A DNA stretch of 64,000 nt from the human T2T-CHM13v2.0 reference genome, Homo sapiens (GCF_009914755.1 NC_060932.1); one strand, 5' to 3'. Shown: positions 12,133 through 28,127, counted from the first letter of the stretch. The notes: generated from the sequence alone by a model not told the origin. Numbers and translations: made by a program.

Positions 12133-15100
12133 TTGCTCACTTTTTAATCAGGTTTTTGTTGTTGTTTTGTTTTGCTGTTGAGCTGTATGAATTCCTTATA
12201 TATTCTGAAAATTAATCCCTTGTTGGATGAATAATTTGCACATATTTTGTCTCATTCTATAGGTTGTCTCTCCACTCTGTTAATTATTTCCATTGCTGTG
12301 TAGAAGTTTTTAGTTTAATACAGTCACATTTGTTTCTTTTTGTTTTTGCTACTTGTGCTTTTGAAATCTCAGCCACAATATCTTTCCCTAAAAATGTTCT
12401 GAAGCATTTCTCCTATATTCTCTTCTAGTGGTTTTATATTTCTGGGTTTCATGTTTAAGTCTTTTATCCATTTCAAGTTGATTCTTATATATGGTGAGAG
12501 ATAGGGGTCTAGTTTCCTTCTTCTGCCTGTGAACATCCAGTTTTCCTAGCACTATTTATTAAAGAGACCATCATTTTCCCATGTATGTTCTTTCATATTT
12601 GCCAAAAATAAGTTGGCTGTAAATACATTGATTTATTTCTGGCTTCTCTATTCCATTCCCTTGGTCTATGTGTCTGTTTTTATACCAGTGCTATGTTGTT
12701 TTGGTTATAGCTTTGTAGTATATTTTGAAATTATATAGTATGAGACCTCCAGCTTTGTTCTTTTTGAGCAGTATTGCTTTTGCTATTCAAGTCCTTTGTA
12801 TTTCCATACAAATTTTAGGACTGTTTTTTCTCTTTCTGTGAAAAATGTCATTGGTATTATGATAGGGATTGCATTAAAGTTGTAGATTGCTTTGTGTAGT
12901 ATGGTCATTTTAACAATATTAATTTTTCCAATCCATAGGCATATTATATCTTTACAGTTGTTTGTATTCTCTTCAGTCTTTCATTAGTGTTTTGTAGTTT
13001 TCATTGTAGAGGTCTTCACCTCCTTGGTTAAATTTATTTCTAGGTTTTTATTTTTATTTTATTTTCCTGGCAAAAATTGTAAATCAGATTGCTTTCTTGA
13101 TTTCTCCTTCAGCTAGTTCATTATGATATAAAAAAATGCTACTGATTCTCGTATGTTAATTTTGTATCTGGCAACTTTACTGAATTCATTTATCAGTTCT
13201 AAGAGTTTCCTGGTGGAGTATTTAGATTTTTCTATGTATAATCATGTCATCTGCAAAGAGGGACAATTGACTTCTTCTTTTCTAACTTGGACATCTTTTA
13301 TTTCTTTCTCTTGCCTAATTGCTCTGGCTAGGGCTTCCAGTGAGATGTTGAATAGGAGTGGTAAAAGTGGGCATCCTTGTCTTATTCAGTTATTATAAGA
13401 AAGACTTTCAGTTTTTCCTCATTCTGTAAGATGATAGCTGTGGGTTAATAATATATGGCCTTTATTGAGTTGCAATACTTTGTTTCTATGCCAATTTGTT
13501 AAGAGTTTTCATCATAAAGAGTTCTTGAATTATATCAAATGCTTTTTTTCTGTGCTAGTTGAGATAATCATATGGTTTTTGTTCTTCACTCTTTTGAAGT
13601 GATGTATCACATTTATTGATTTGTGTATGTTGAACCTTCTTTGCATCCTTGGGATAAATCCCACTTTATTATGTTCTATTATTTTTTAGATGTGTTGTTA
13701 GATTCAGTTTGTTAGTATTTTGTTGAGAAACTTTGCATATTGGCTTGTAGTTTTCTTTTTGGTTGTCTCTTTATCTGGTATTGCTATCAGGGTAATGCTG
13801 GCTTTGTAGAATGAATTAAGAAGAATTCTCTCCTTTTCGTTTTTTTCTTTAAGAATAGCTTGAGAAGAATTGGCATTTGTCTTGCTTTAAAAGTTTGGTA
13901 GAACTCAGAAATAAAGCCATCTGGTCCTGGGCTTTTCTTTTTTGGGAGAATTTTATTATTGATTCAGTCTTGTTACTCGTTATTGGTCTGTTCATGTTTC
14001 CTATTTATTTCTGGTTCTGTCTTGACAGGGTAGATGTATTTAGGAATTGATTCATTTCCGCTAGGTTTTCCAATTTGTTAGTGTATAGTTGCTCAAAATA
14101 ATCTCTGATAGTCCTTTATATTTCTGTGGTATCAGTTGTAATGTGTGCTTTATTTGTTTCTGATTTACTTATTTGGGTCTTCTCTCTTTATTAGTTAGTC
14201 CAGCTAGTGGTTTATTTTTTATCTTTTCATCTCCTTGGTTAAATTTTTTCTAGGATTTTATTTTTATTTTATTTTCCAAGTGGTTTATGTTTATCTTTTC
14301 AAGAAATAAAATTTTGTTTTGTTAATAGTTTTATTATTTAGTTTAGTTTAGCTTTTAGTTTCTATTTCCTTTTTTTCTGCTCTTTATTTTTGCCTTCTTT
14401 GTATTAATTTTGGGCTTGGATCCCTCTTGCTTTTCTAGTTCCTTGTGGTGCACTGTTAGGATGTTTATTTGAAATCTTTCCACTTTTTTGATGTAGATGG
14501 CTATTGCTATAACATTCCCTCTTAGCACTACTTTTACTATATTCCATAGGTTTGGGTATGTTGTGTTTACATTTTCATTTGTTTCAGATTTTTTTTCATT
14601 TTGATCTTCATTTTTTCATTAATCTAATGATCACTTTGAAGCCTATTGCTTTATTTCAATGTATTTGTACAGTTTCCAAAATTTCTCTTATTATTGATCT
14701 ATAGTTTTATTCCATTGTACTCTGGGAAGGTACTCAACATGATTTTGATTTTTAAAAATTTTTTGAGACTTGTTTTGTGGACTAGCATATGGTTTATCCT
14801 GAAGAACGTTCCATGTGCTGGTGAAAAGAATGTGTATTCTGTAGCTGTTGGATAAAATATTACGTAAATACCTGCTAGGTCCACTTGGTCTATAGCACAG
14901 ATTAAGTCCAATATTTCTTTGTTGATTTTCTCTCTAGATGATCTCCCCAGTGCTGAAAGTGGGGTGCTGAAATTTCCAACTCTTACTGTATTGGAGTCTA
15001 TCTCTCTCTTTAGCTCTAATAATATTTGCTTTATATATCTTAGTGCTCCAGTGTTGAGTCCATATATATTTACAATTGTTATATCCTGTTAATGAATTGA

Positions 15101-15258
15101 TCCCTTCATCATTACATACTAGACCTCTTTATCTCTTGTTATGTTCTTTGACTTTAAGTCTACTTTGTCCGATATAAGTATAGCTACTCCTGCAAAGTTT
15201 TGGCTTTCATATGCATGGGATATGGTTTCCGTCACTTCACTTTCAGTCTATTTGTGTC

Positions 15259-15622
15259 TGATATGGTTTGGCTGTGTCCTCACCCAAATCTCATCTTGAA
15301 TTGTAGCTCCCATAATTCCCATGTGTTGTGGGAGGGACCCAGTAGGAGGTAATTGACTCATGATTGTGGGTCTTTCCCATGCTGTTCTTGTGATAGTGAA
15401 TAAGTCTCATGAGATCTCATGGTTTTATAAATGAGAATTTCCTTATACAAGTTCTATTGCCAGCCCTCATGTAAGATATCCCTTTGTTCTTCCCTTGTTT
15501 TACACCATGACTGTGAGACCTTCCCAGACATGTGGAACTGTGAGTCCATTTAACCTCTTTCCTTTATAAGTTACCCAGTCTCAGGTATGTCTTTATTAGC
15601 AGCATGAGGACAGACTAATATA
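15259..15622 (+). mobile_element. THE1 solo LTR (ERVL-MaLR)
   Basis: tgatatggtttggctgtgtcc...cagactaata(t)a, 364 bp, with 5-bp TSD GTGTC (15254-15258 / 15623-15627). Confidence 0.92.
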
Positions 15623-16703
15623 GTGTCTTTACACATGATGTGAATTTCTTGTTGGCAGCATATAATTGGGTCTTTTGTGTTTTCTTTTCTACCCATTCAG
15701 CCAGTCTATACTTTATAATTGTAGAATTTAAACCATTTACATTCAATGTTGTTAATAATAGGTGAGAACTTACTACTGTCATTTTGATAGCTGTTTTCTG
15801 AATGATCTGTATATCCTTTGTTTCTCTTTCCTCTTTTAATATTTATCTTTACAGTTTGGTCATTTTCTGTAGTGACAAGCTTTGATTTCTTTCTTGCTTT
15901 CATTAGTGTATCTGCTCTACCCGTGAGTTTAATTCTTTCTTGTGCTTTCTAAATAGTAGACATCATCCTTTTACTTATAGATGTTGTACTCCCTGAAGCA
16001 TTTATTGTATGGTTGATCTAGTAGTGATGAATTTCCTTCAGTTTTTACTTGTCTGAAAAAGATGTTATTTCTCCATCCTTTTTAAAGGATAGCTTTCCTG
16101 GGCATAGTATTCTTCATTGGCATTTTTCTCTCAGCACTTTGAATATAGTTTCTCATGCTCTTCTGGCCTGCAAGATTTTTACTGAGTAATAGGCTGCTAG
16201 TCTGATGGGATTTCCCCCAACATGTGACTTGATGTTTTTCTCTTGCTATTTTTAAAATTCTCCCTCTGTCTTCAACCTTTCACAGTGTAACTTTAATGTG
16301 CCTTGGAGAACATTTATATTTTTATTGAATCTACTAGTAGATATTTTAGCTTTCTATATCTAGATGTCTATATCCTTCACAAGAAGGAAGAATTTTTCAG
16401 ATATTATTTCAATAAATAGGTTGTCTATGGCATTTCCATTTTCTTATTCTTATGGAACTTATAAAATTCAAATATTTGTTTGCTTTATGGTGTCCTATAT
16501 GTCATTAGGCTTTCTTCATTCTCTTTTATTCTTTTATTCCCCCCCCCACCTTTTTTTTTAATCTGGCTTTGTTATTTTAAAAGACCAAGTTCAAAAATTC
16601 TTCTGCTTGATTTAGTCTATTGTTGAACTCTTGATTGTATATATATATTTTAATTTCATCCACTGAATTATTTATTTCCAGGATTTCTGCTGGGTTCTTT
16701 TTT

Positions 16704-19700
16704 TTTTTTTTTAGCTTTAAACAAAACTCACATTTTATTTAGATTGAAATAAACTATACAAAATTGATTTTCTTCACCAAAAATAACAGCAATATTTTCC
16801 ATATTTTTCTAGATAAACCACAACACTTATTTTGTAGGTTTTCCAGGTTTTGCTTATAAATCAAGATGAGGCAGTAGATAAGAGTCATGGAAAAAAGACA
16901 GAAAAAAAAACCAGACAAATCAGTTGTCAGTATCCATGGCCTCTGATTCTGTCTCAACCATGAAACAGAAGTGTTCAACATATACCTGCTAAAAAGCTTA
17001 GGAAGATGTAGGCTCCACAAAGGAATGTAAACAGCAATGAGATGTGGAACAACAGCAGGCTTTTCCATTCAAACTTTGTCATTTGTTTCTTTAAGTTTGA
17101 GAAAGACAAAATCTACACTGAAATCCTTGTTTGGTGAGCTCACAAGCTTTTCTCTGGTAATTTCTTGCAACTGTCCAGTATAGATTTTTAACATACTTAA
17201 AACTCCTATTAGTCAAAGGTCAATTGTGGGCTTAACTATAACATTTTATAAAATGTATTCCTTCCTCCCACACCTCTTCAAAATATATTTTTTCAAAGAA
17301 TTCATAACACCCAACAAGTAGAGATCCACAGTGATAATAAATGCTATGTCTAAAATGACTTAACTGAAACAATTCCAGAGTGCCGTCAACAGAGATCACG
17401 CAAAAGGAAACATGGAACTTTCAACGTTCTCTTCTGGAAGAACAGGTAGGTCTTCAAAGCTTGAGAGTTCAAACAGGGGCCATTTAAACAGGTAGATTAT
17501 CAATGGCTAATGTATTCAATGGAGTCCTATAGGCAAAGATATTTAGTGATTAAGTGGCCTACATACACCTTACGGCTTTTACTTCCAAATATCAAATATA
17601 AGAAAGCCTGTTTTTAAAAGTCTCTTAGGTATTTTCCACAGTTTCGGAATTATCTGTAGGAAGCTCTGACTTACTTGTATAGAGTTTAATATATGTGTCC
17701 ACCATTAAATCCAGGTCGTGTTTTATATCAAAATTTATGTTAAGCAAAGCCAAGTTACTTGACCTTTGGTCTGTCAAAGTGTTCCTCAAATATGCTTTAA
17801 GACGCTTTCGTCCATTTTCATACTGCTCATTCTCAACCTTCATCACAGAAGAATACACAGGACCTTCAGCAATGCATACACATTAGGAAAAAACTTGATG
17901 TCAGGCAGTTGGAGGGCTTCATAGATGGTGGACGGAAGCTCTATATCTTTCCCCCTGTGTTTCCATTTGATTCCCCAACAATGAAGCTCAGCTGACAGCG
18001 TGTCAGGATTGGGTAAGTCACTTCTATACATGTCAGCATGGTGTTCCTCCAACGTATTGAATTTGAGTTGTCCCATGACTGAGGGTACCAGAGATAAGCA
18101 TTTAAGAGCTTTGAGGTGCTGTTCTGAGAATATATCTTTAAGTTCCTGAATAATGTGCTCCACTGTTGGGACACTTAGGGTTTCTTTATAGTAACTCTCA
18201 GAGGTTAGCTGAGATTCCAAGTTACCCTGGTGAGCTCTGCGGAATTTCCCAGGGAGTTTCATTTGAATATCAAGTTTGGTTGCCAAATTTGTGGCTTCCT
18301 CAAACCAAAATTCATTATAAACTTCAATATTTTCCATCACTTCGTTGAGTGAATGCAGTACTGCAGTCAAGCTACCGGCTGCAAAGAAGACATCAGAGGT
18401 TTGCCCCTGGAGGTTTTTCCCAAAGGCTCTTGTAAAAGATAGGACATTTTTAAGAACAACAATAGTAACAATGAAATCAAAATCTGTTACTGCACTACAG
18501 AGTACAAATGCTCGGCCAGCTATACAGTTATTCCATCTAATATTTGTGTCACTATTTATACCATCTAAACATAAAACAAGTGCTTGCAGGAGTTCCACTA
18601 AAATTTCAAAAGCATCATGCCTCCCTGTCCACTGAGAATGGCAGATTTCCTTCAGTTCTTTACCCCTTTCTTTACTGTTCTGAAAAAGAACAGAAATTAC
18701 GTTGTCAAGTTCTAAAAGCAGTTGTGGTGATCGATGGAAAAAAGAACAAACTTCCTCGATTGTTCCTAATGCAACAGATACTCCCATAACAGGTACTGAT
18801 TTTGCCAACCACATATTTAAGGCACAGAAAGAGCAGAGTGTGTAGATAGCTTGGGGATATTTCTCTAAAAGTCTAGAAGCAACAACTTTCATTTTGGAAG
18901 AAAATCCACTAGAGACAATGTAAGCCTGGCCACGACAATACTCCATATTTAATCCCCACTTCTCAGTTATCATAGTGTGAAATTTCACAGCCAAAATTTC
19001 TGCATCAGCTTCATAAGGCAGGAAGCCTATAAATTCCTCTCTTAGGTTATGAGATTCATCAACAAACCTCACCAACACAGGTAGGTGCTCTTCCCCTGCT
19101 ATGTCCACTACATAGTCAGTGATAATGGAAAAGACGTGTGAGTCTCTCACTTCCCTGAGAGTTTCTTCTCGAATACAGCTCTCACAGATCTCTAGCATCT
19201 GCCTCTGCTGTGTTTTTGAACAAAACAACGTGTTAACTGCTGTTGTCTCAAACCGCTTTCTCAGAACCTCTTCACCAGAATTTATCCGACACTCCAGTAG
19301 TGCCTGAAAGTTATCTGGAGTAAAGAGACCTTCTGGGATTTCATCAGCCTCATGTCCGTCCAGAGGTATGTTTTGCCTTCCCATCAGAATCAAGATTTCA
19401 AGTAGATATTTGAGGTATTCTTTGTTTTCCTTCTCTTCAAGGGTTAGAGGTAAAATGTCCTCATCTTGCCCTTCACCCTCTTCTTCGCTGGGGTTCTGAG
19501 CATTGCTATTGTTGGTTTCTTTATGTTTTTGTTCCTGCTCAGAAGTTTCATCAATTTTTTTCTGTTTCAGTGTCCTGATTTCATCTTCACTCAGTTCTTT
19601 TATTCGTTTTCTGTGTCTACTATGTGGGTTGTTCAAATGACTGTTAAGATCAAATATTGTTGGTATTGCATTATCTCGAAGAACTGTCCTATAAGGACCA

Positions 19701-20065
19701 GTTCTACAGATCATAGAGGTCTCAAAATGTTTGGCACATAATCGATAATGTTTATTTAGCTGATCAGGTGTTTTATCTTCTAAGTCTGCTCTCCTACAGT
19801 TCTCCACCCACTTCTGGCATCTGGCAGGGTCCCGCGGGAAGCTGAAGAAGGCCAAGTCAAGTCGGACTGCGTGCTCTTCCGCGTGCAGTTGGCGGCAGCG
19901 CAGAAGTTCGGCATCGTCGCCCGCCCGCCGGCCGGTCCAGCCCTCCCCTCCCCGCCTCCTCAGGGCAGTCCGCCCGCCCGTCGGGGCCGGGGAGGGGAGC
20001 CAGGCCGGCCGGCCGGCTCGGCAGGGCCGACGCGCGGGGGAGGGGCGGGCGGGCTAGAAGCCGCC
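16704..20065 (-). pseudogene. THAP12P7: Processed pseudogene of THAP12/PRKRIR (THAP domain + hAT-transposase-derived protein); paralog number from recall
   Basis: Intronless copy with GC-rich 5'UTR, ATG at 19914 (MPNFCAAANCTRKSTQSDL) and stop at 17625. It has a 3'UTR, AATAAA at 16739-16734, a poly(A) tail ending at 16712, and TSD gggttctttttt (16692-16703 / 20066-20077). Two frameshifts: a 5-nt ACTTG duplication at ~19856-19860 and a 1-nt deletion at ~17849. Confidence 0.95.
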
Positions 20066-23000
20066 GGGTTCTTTTTTATATCTGTCTCTCTTTCTTGAAA
20101 TTCTCATTGAAGACATGAATTGCCTTCCCAATGCATTTTTTTTTTCTATTGTGTCCTCTTGTATTTGTATCTGTGTCCTCTTGTATCTCGCTGCATTTTC
20201 TTAAGAACATTATTTTGAATTCTTTTTCAGGCTTTTTAACATATTTACATTTCTTTGGGATATTTTACTGAAGAAGTATTGTATTCCTTCAGAGGTGTCA
20301 TTTTTTTCTTGAATTTTCATATTTCTCATGTCCTTACCTTATCTGTGCATCTATTTTAACAGTTTCTCTTTTAATTTCATGGATTGGCTTCTTTCATAGA
20401 GAAAGACTTTTCCTGTAGCTGTAATTATAGTATTGTTTGGGGAAGATGTTTTGGCTTTAATTCTGGGCTAGCACAGTAGTGTCGTCTCTGTATGTTCTAT
20501 TTGGATGCGATCAATGTCAGCATTGTCTGAGAGTTCTTCATTGGCTTAGGCTCTGGTTGTTAGTGAAAATTATGGTGAGGTGCACCTGTCCTCATGCCAC
20601 CAGATGCTGCACACAAGCACTGTCAGTGGTGAGTAGAATTGGCCAATATGCAGCCCCCTGGACAGCATTTGTTGGTGCCAGTGATGGCACATGGGGTGGT
20701 TAATCTTCATGCCCCCAGCCTGTTTTTCTTATTCTTAATTGATATAAAAGTTAATACCTTCAAATAATGATAGCAACCATGTATTCAATTATGCTTATAT
20801 GTTTATTTATAAGTGAAATGAATGATAGCAATGATAAAAGGTTAGGAGGGAGAAATTAGTAATATTTTATTACCATAAATTACTTGTACCTCCTATAAAG
20901 TGGTATAATGTTATTTGGAAGTAGATTTAGATTGGTATTAAGTGAAAATTGTTCATATAAAAATGATACAGAGACATCACTTTAGATCCAATAGACATTA
21001 AACAGATAATAAACAAATATTATGAGCAACTCTAAATCCACAAATTTGATAACCTATATGAAATGCATCAATTACTCAAAAGGCACAATCTACCAAAACT
21101 CACACAAAAAGAAATAGAAACTCTGAATAGGACTATATCTATTCAAGAAAATAAATAAAAAATGATGTTACAAAACAAAAAATACTAATCCCAGATGAGT
21201 TTATTGCTGAATTCTATCAAATAGTTAAGGACAATATTGTATCAATGCTCCACACTATCTGACAGTGTGTGTAAGCAGGAGCAGGAGGAATACTTCTCAA
21301 CTCATTCTATAAGGCCAGCATTACCCTAATATCAAAAATCAAAGACACTGCAAGAAAATAAAACTATAGACAAGTACCTCTCATGAACATAGATTCAAAA
21401 ATCCTCCACATAAAACTGTATACTTTTATACATTATTGGATTCAATTTGCTATTGGGGATAGCACTTATCATCTACACCACAATTGAGTGGATTTAATTT
21501 CAGGTATGCAAAGGTGTTTTAACATTGGAATATTGTTTAATCTAATCCATCACATCAATAGGCCAATGAAGAAAAATCACACAATCATATCAATAGATGC
21601 AGAAAAAGCATTTGACAACATTCAACACCCATTCATGATAAAAAATTTTAACACATTAGGAATAGAGAGGGACTTCCTCAACTTAAAGGACATCTACAAA
21701 AGTCCTATAGCTAATATCATACTTAATAATAAGAAATTTGTAGGTTTCCTGATAATAAAAAAAAAGCTATCTCCCTTCACTTCAGCTTTCAACATCTTAC
21801 TGCAAAACTTAGCTATTGCAGTAAGACAAAAAAGGAAATAAAATGTATACAGATTGGTAAGAACAAAATAATACAGTCTTTGTTTGCAGATGATATAATT
21901 GTCTATGTAGAAAATTTTTTTAAATTGGTAAAAAAGTCTCTGATAACTAATAAGCAATTATATAAAAGTTGCAGGATACAAGAGAAATAAGTCAATCACT
22001 TTTCTATGTACCATCAATGAACAAGTGAAATTTGAAATTAAAAACCCATTGCCACTTTATGTTAGCAGCCCTAAAAATAAAATGCTTAAGTGTAAATCTA
22101 AAAAAAAATGTCCAAAATACATATGAGGAAAACTACAAAACTCTGATAAATAATATCAAAAAAAGAAAAAAATAAATGGAGAGATATTCCAGGTCATGGG
22201 TAGAAAGACTCAATATTGTCATGATGTCAGTTCTTTCCAAATGAATGGACAGACTCAATGCAATTCCAATCAGAATCCCAGGAAGTTATTTTGTAGAAAT
22301 TGACAAATTGGTTCTAAAGTTTATGTGAAGAGGAAAAAGACCCAGGAGAGTAAATTCAATATTGAAAGAAAAGAGCAAAGTTAGAGGACTGACACCACTC
22401 AATTTCAAAACCTACCATAAACTTACAGTAATCAAGACACTATAGCATTAGTGAAAAAACAGACAAATAGATCAATGGACCAGAATATGAGCTGAGAAAT
22501 CGACTCACCTAAGTATAATCCATTGATTTTTGACAAACGGGCAAAGGCAATAAAATGGAGCAGTCTCTTTTCAACAAATGGTGCTAAGACAACTGGACAT
22601 TCACATCCACACCCCTAACATTAATCTAGACACAGACCTTGAACCTTTCACAAAAATTAGCTCAAAATGGATCATAGACTTCAATGTAAAATGCAAGATT
22701 ATAAAAATCTTAGAGAATGACATAGGAGAAATTCTTGATGAACTTGGGCATTGAGATGACATTTTAAATAAAATACCAAAGGCATGATCTATGAAAGAGG
22801 TGATTGATAAGCTGAGCTCCATTAAAATTCAGAACTTCTGCTTTGCAAAAAGCAGCATCAGGAGAATGAGATTACAAGCCACAGACTGGAAAAAATATTT
22901 ACAAAAGACATATCTGGTAAAATAATATTATCCAAAATATTATACAGAACTCTTAAAAATCTAAAATAAGAAAATTTACAACCCAATAAAAAATTGGCAA

Positions 23001-24666
23001 AAAACCTGAATAAGCACCTCAGCAAAGAAGATACACAGATAGCAAATAAGCATATGAAACGTTATTCAACAGCATATGCCATCAGGGAAATGCAAATTAA
23101 AACAACAATGAGATACCATGACACCCTATTAGAATGGCCAAAACCCAAAACACTGACCACAGTAAATGCTGGCAAGGATGTAAAGCAAAAAGAATTCTCA
23201 TTCATTGCTGATGGGAAGGTAAACAGTACAGCCACTTTGAAAGACAGTTTGGTGGTCTTCTACAAAACTAAACAATCTCTTACGACATAATGCAGCAATC
23301 CTTGCTATATACCCAAAGAATTTGAAAATTTGTGGCCACACAAAACCCCCATGTGAATAATTATAGCAGCTTTATTCATAATGACCAAAACTTGGAAGGA
23401 ATGAATATGTCCTTCAGTAGGTGAATGAATAAGTAAACTGTGGTGCTTCCAGACAATGGAATATTTTTTCAGTTCTAAAATGAAATGAGCTATAAAGCAA
23501 CAAGAAAACATGGAAGGATCTTAAATGCATATTATTAAGTGAAAGAAGCCAAACTGAAAAAGGCTATATACAGTTTGAGTGCAACTATGTAACATTCTGG
23601 AAAAGGTAAAACTAGAGACAGTAAAAAGATTCATGGTTTGTCAAGATTTAAGAGGGAGCAAGTGGATGAATAGGAGAGGCACAAAGAATGAACAGTGAAG
23701 TTGTTAGGAGAGTGAAACTATTCTGTAATATAATTTGGATTGAAGACATTTGACAAAACCCTTAGTATGTACAACACCAAGAGTGAATCTTAATCTAAAC
23801 TATAGACTTTGGGTGACAATGATGTGTAGAGTCATTGATCATAATAAATGTACCACTGTGATAGCAACTGTTGATAGTGGGGAAATTTGTCTGTGGGCAC
23901 AAGGAGTATATGAGACCTCTATACTTTCAGCTCAGCATCCTATGCCTATGCGTGTTAGGTCTGCAGGCATAGAAAATACACATATATACATGCATATATA
24001 GGGTTTTATGAGGGTATTTTCCTTTTTCATTTTGTTAAAAAATAGGATCACAGTGTATACATTACACTTTGATTTTTGTATCATTCTCACTTTATATCAT
24101 GACTGTCATTCTAGGTCAAACATACTAGAACAATTGTTTTATAACTGCGTAATATTCCACATTAAGTGTGTTCCACAAATTATTCAATACTTATTGATGA
24201 ATAGTCAAATATTTGCTCCTACCAACAATTCTGTAACAGACATCTTTGTATGTGTATCTGTATGTGTTTGTTATCTCATTTTATATTAATGCTTGCATTT
24301 CTGTAGACTTAGTTCCCAAAAGTGAGATTTGCTGAATAAAATGGTATATGTATTTTTAAAATAATTTGTGCTTCTACCAGCATATAAAGGAGGCCATTCT
24401 GTTACATTCTTATTTGGATCAGATGTCATCAGTCTTTACCATTTTTACCAATCCTGAGAAGTAAAAAATTATGCCTCATTATAGGTTACATTTGCATTTT
24501 TGTAACTACTTGAAGATGAACATCATTTCATGTTAATTAACAATTTGCATCTTCTTTTCTATGAATAGTCTGTTCTTATCCACTTTCTTATAAGTTTTTT
24601 GTCTTTTAATGATCAGTTGATAATTTTATATAAGGGATTAAAAAAATTTTTGATATTTTACTTTAG

Positions 24667-24780
24667 GTTTATCTCTTATATAGTGCATACAGTGTGAGTG
24701 AGTGTGTGTGTGTGTCTGTGTTTATCTCTTATATAGTGCATACAGTGTGAACAAGTGAGTGTGTGTGTGTGAGTGTGAAC
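24667..24780. repeat. 53-bp-period tandem duplication with (TG)n tracts
   Basis: gtttatctcttatatagtgcatacagtgtga occurs at 24667 and 24720. Confidence 0.85.
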
Positions 24781-25250
24781 AATCAGGTTAATTTTGGAGT
24801 TTAACATAATTTATATTTATTGTCAGATAGTCATTCTATTTCTTTTTGTTCCTTTTCCTTTATTTTATAATTTTGGTATAATTTTGGTATTTAAGTGACT
24901 ACATTGTATTTTCCTTTTTCTTTGTAATTTGAAAGACTATAATTCTTTTAAGAGTGTTTTCCAATAATTATTAAAATTATATTCTCTACCAATCTAATTA
25001 GTATACATATCCACTAATCATTCTAAGGAAAGGGAGGGATTTATCATCTTTTTAGCTTTCTCAGTCCTCCCATAACCACGCACTTTTTATATTCTTAGGG
25101 CTTAGGTGAAACAAGTTATTTTTGTGCTTTAATATTTACAATAGCTATCTAGAAATCACCAAATACTGCAGCATTTAATAGTGATTGTTTTATATCACCA
25201 TTTCTCTATTATTGATATTTATTAATATCTTGTTCAAATGGAGTAATCTT

Positions 25251-27656
<2,406 letters not shown>

Positions 27657-28127
27657 TGGACTAATCTTAAGGTCAGGTTTTTATTGAATAAAGAAGCAGT
27701 ACCCTTGCTGGCCTATCTGTGTCTTTATTATTCTTGGTACATTCAATAAAATTTGCCTGGGTCTAAGACTGTGAACCCACAGTAACAAAACTTAGTAGTT
27801 ATCACAAAATTCAGTAGAGCTTGGTAAATTGGAGCTAAACATTGGTAAAAAATAGAGGTTAACCTAATTGTATCCTTTTGTCGACATGTTTCCCCTCTCT
27901 TACTGGAAGGATGCTTCCTTGAAAAAATTCACCTTGATATATCCTAGTGTTTGTCTCTTACCCTTGAGTCATAATCAACAAGTTTAAGATTTTAATACAG
28001 AAATATATCTCTCTTTTATTCTGAACTTTTGCTTCTGTTTTGATGGGCTATTTTCTCTTCAGAAACACTTATTATTTATAGATTAGCTCTCTGCTCTGTC
28101 TATGGTATCAATCATCTTCTCTTAATT

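Larger units (their letters stand above)
9092..20722 (-). mobile_element. Near full-length L1MA-like element hosting an L1PA, a THE1 LTR and the THAP12 retrocopy
   Basis: L1MA-type 3'UTR at 9100-9500, ORF2 remnants to ~15250, ORF1 remnants at ~15950-20480 and a GC-richer 5' remnant to ~20720. Degenerate TSD (tttcccttattttta / tttttcttattctta). Confidence 0.8.

Noticed and set aside
17843-19855. 670-aa ORF as an active hAT transposase or a novel gene
   Set aside because: It is a retrocopy of host THAP12, with poly(A), TSD, no TIRs and two frameshifts; the track's start codon is TTG.
19871-20098. 75-aa Gly/Pro/Ala-rich ORF
   Set aside because: Antisense reading of the GC-rich THAP12 leader.
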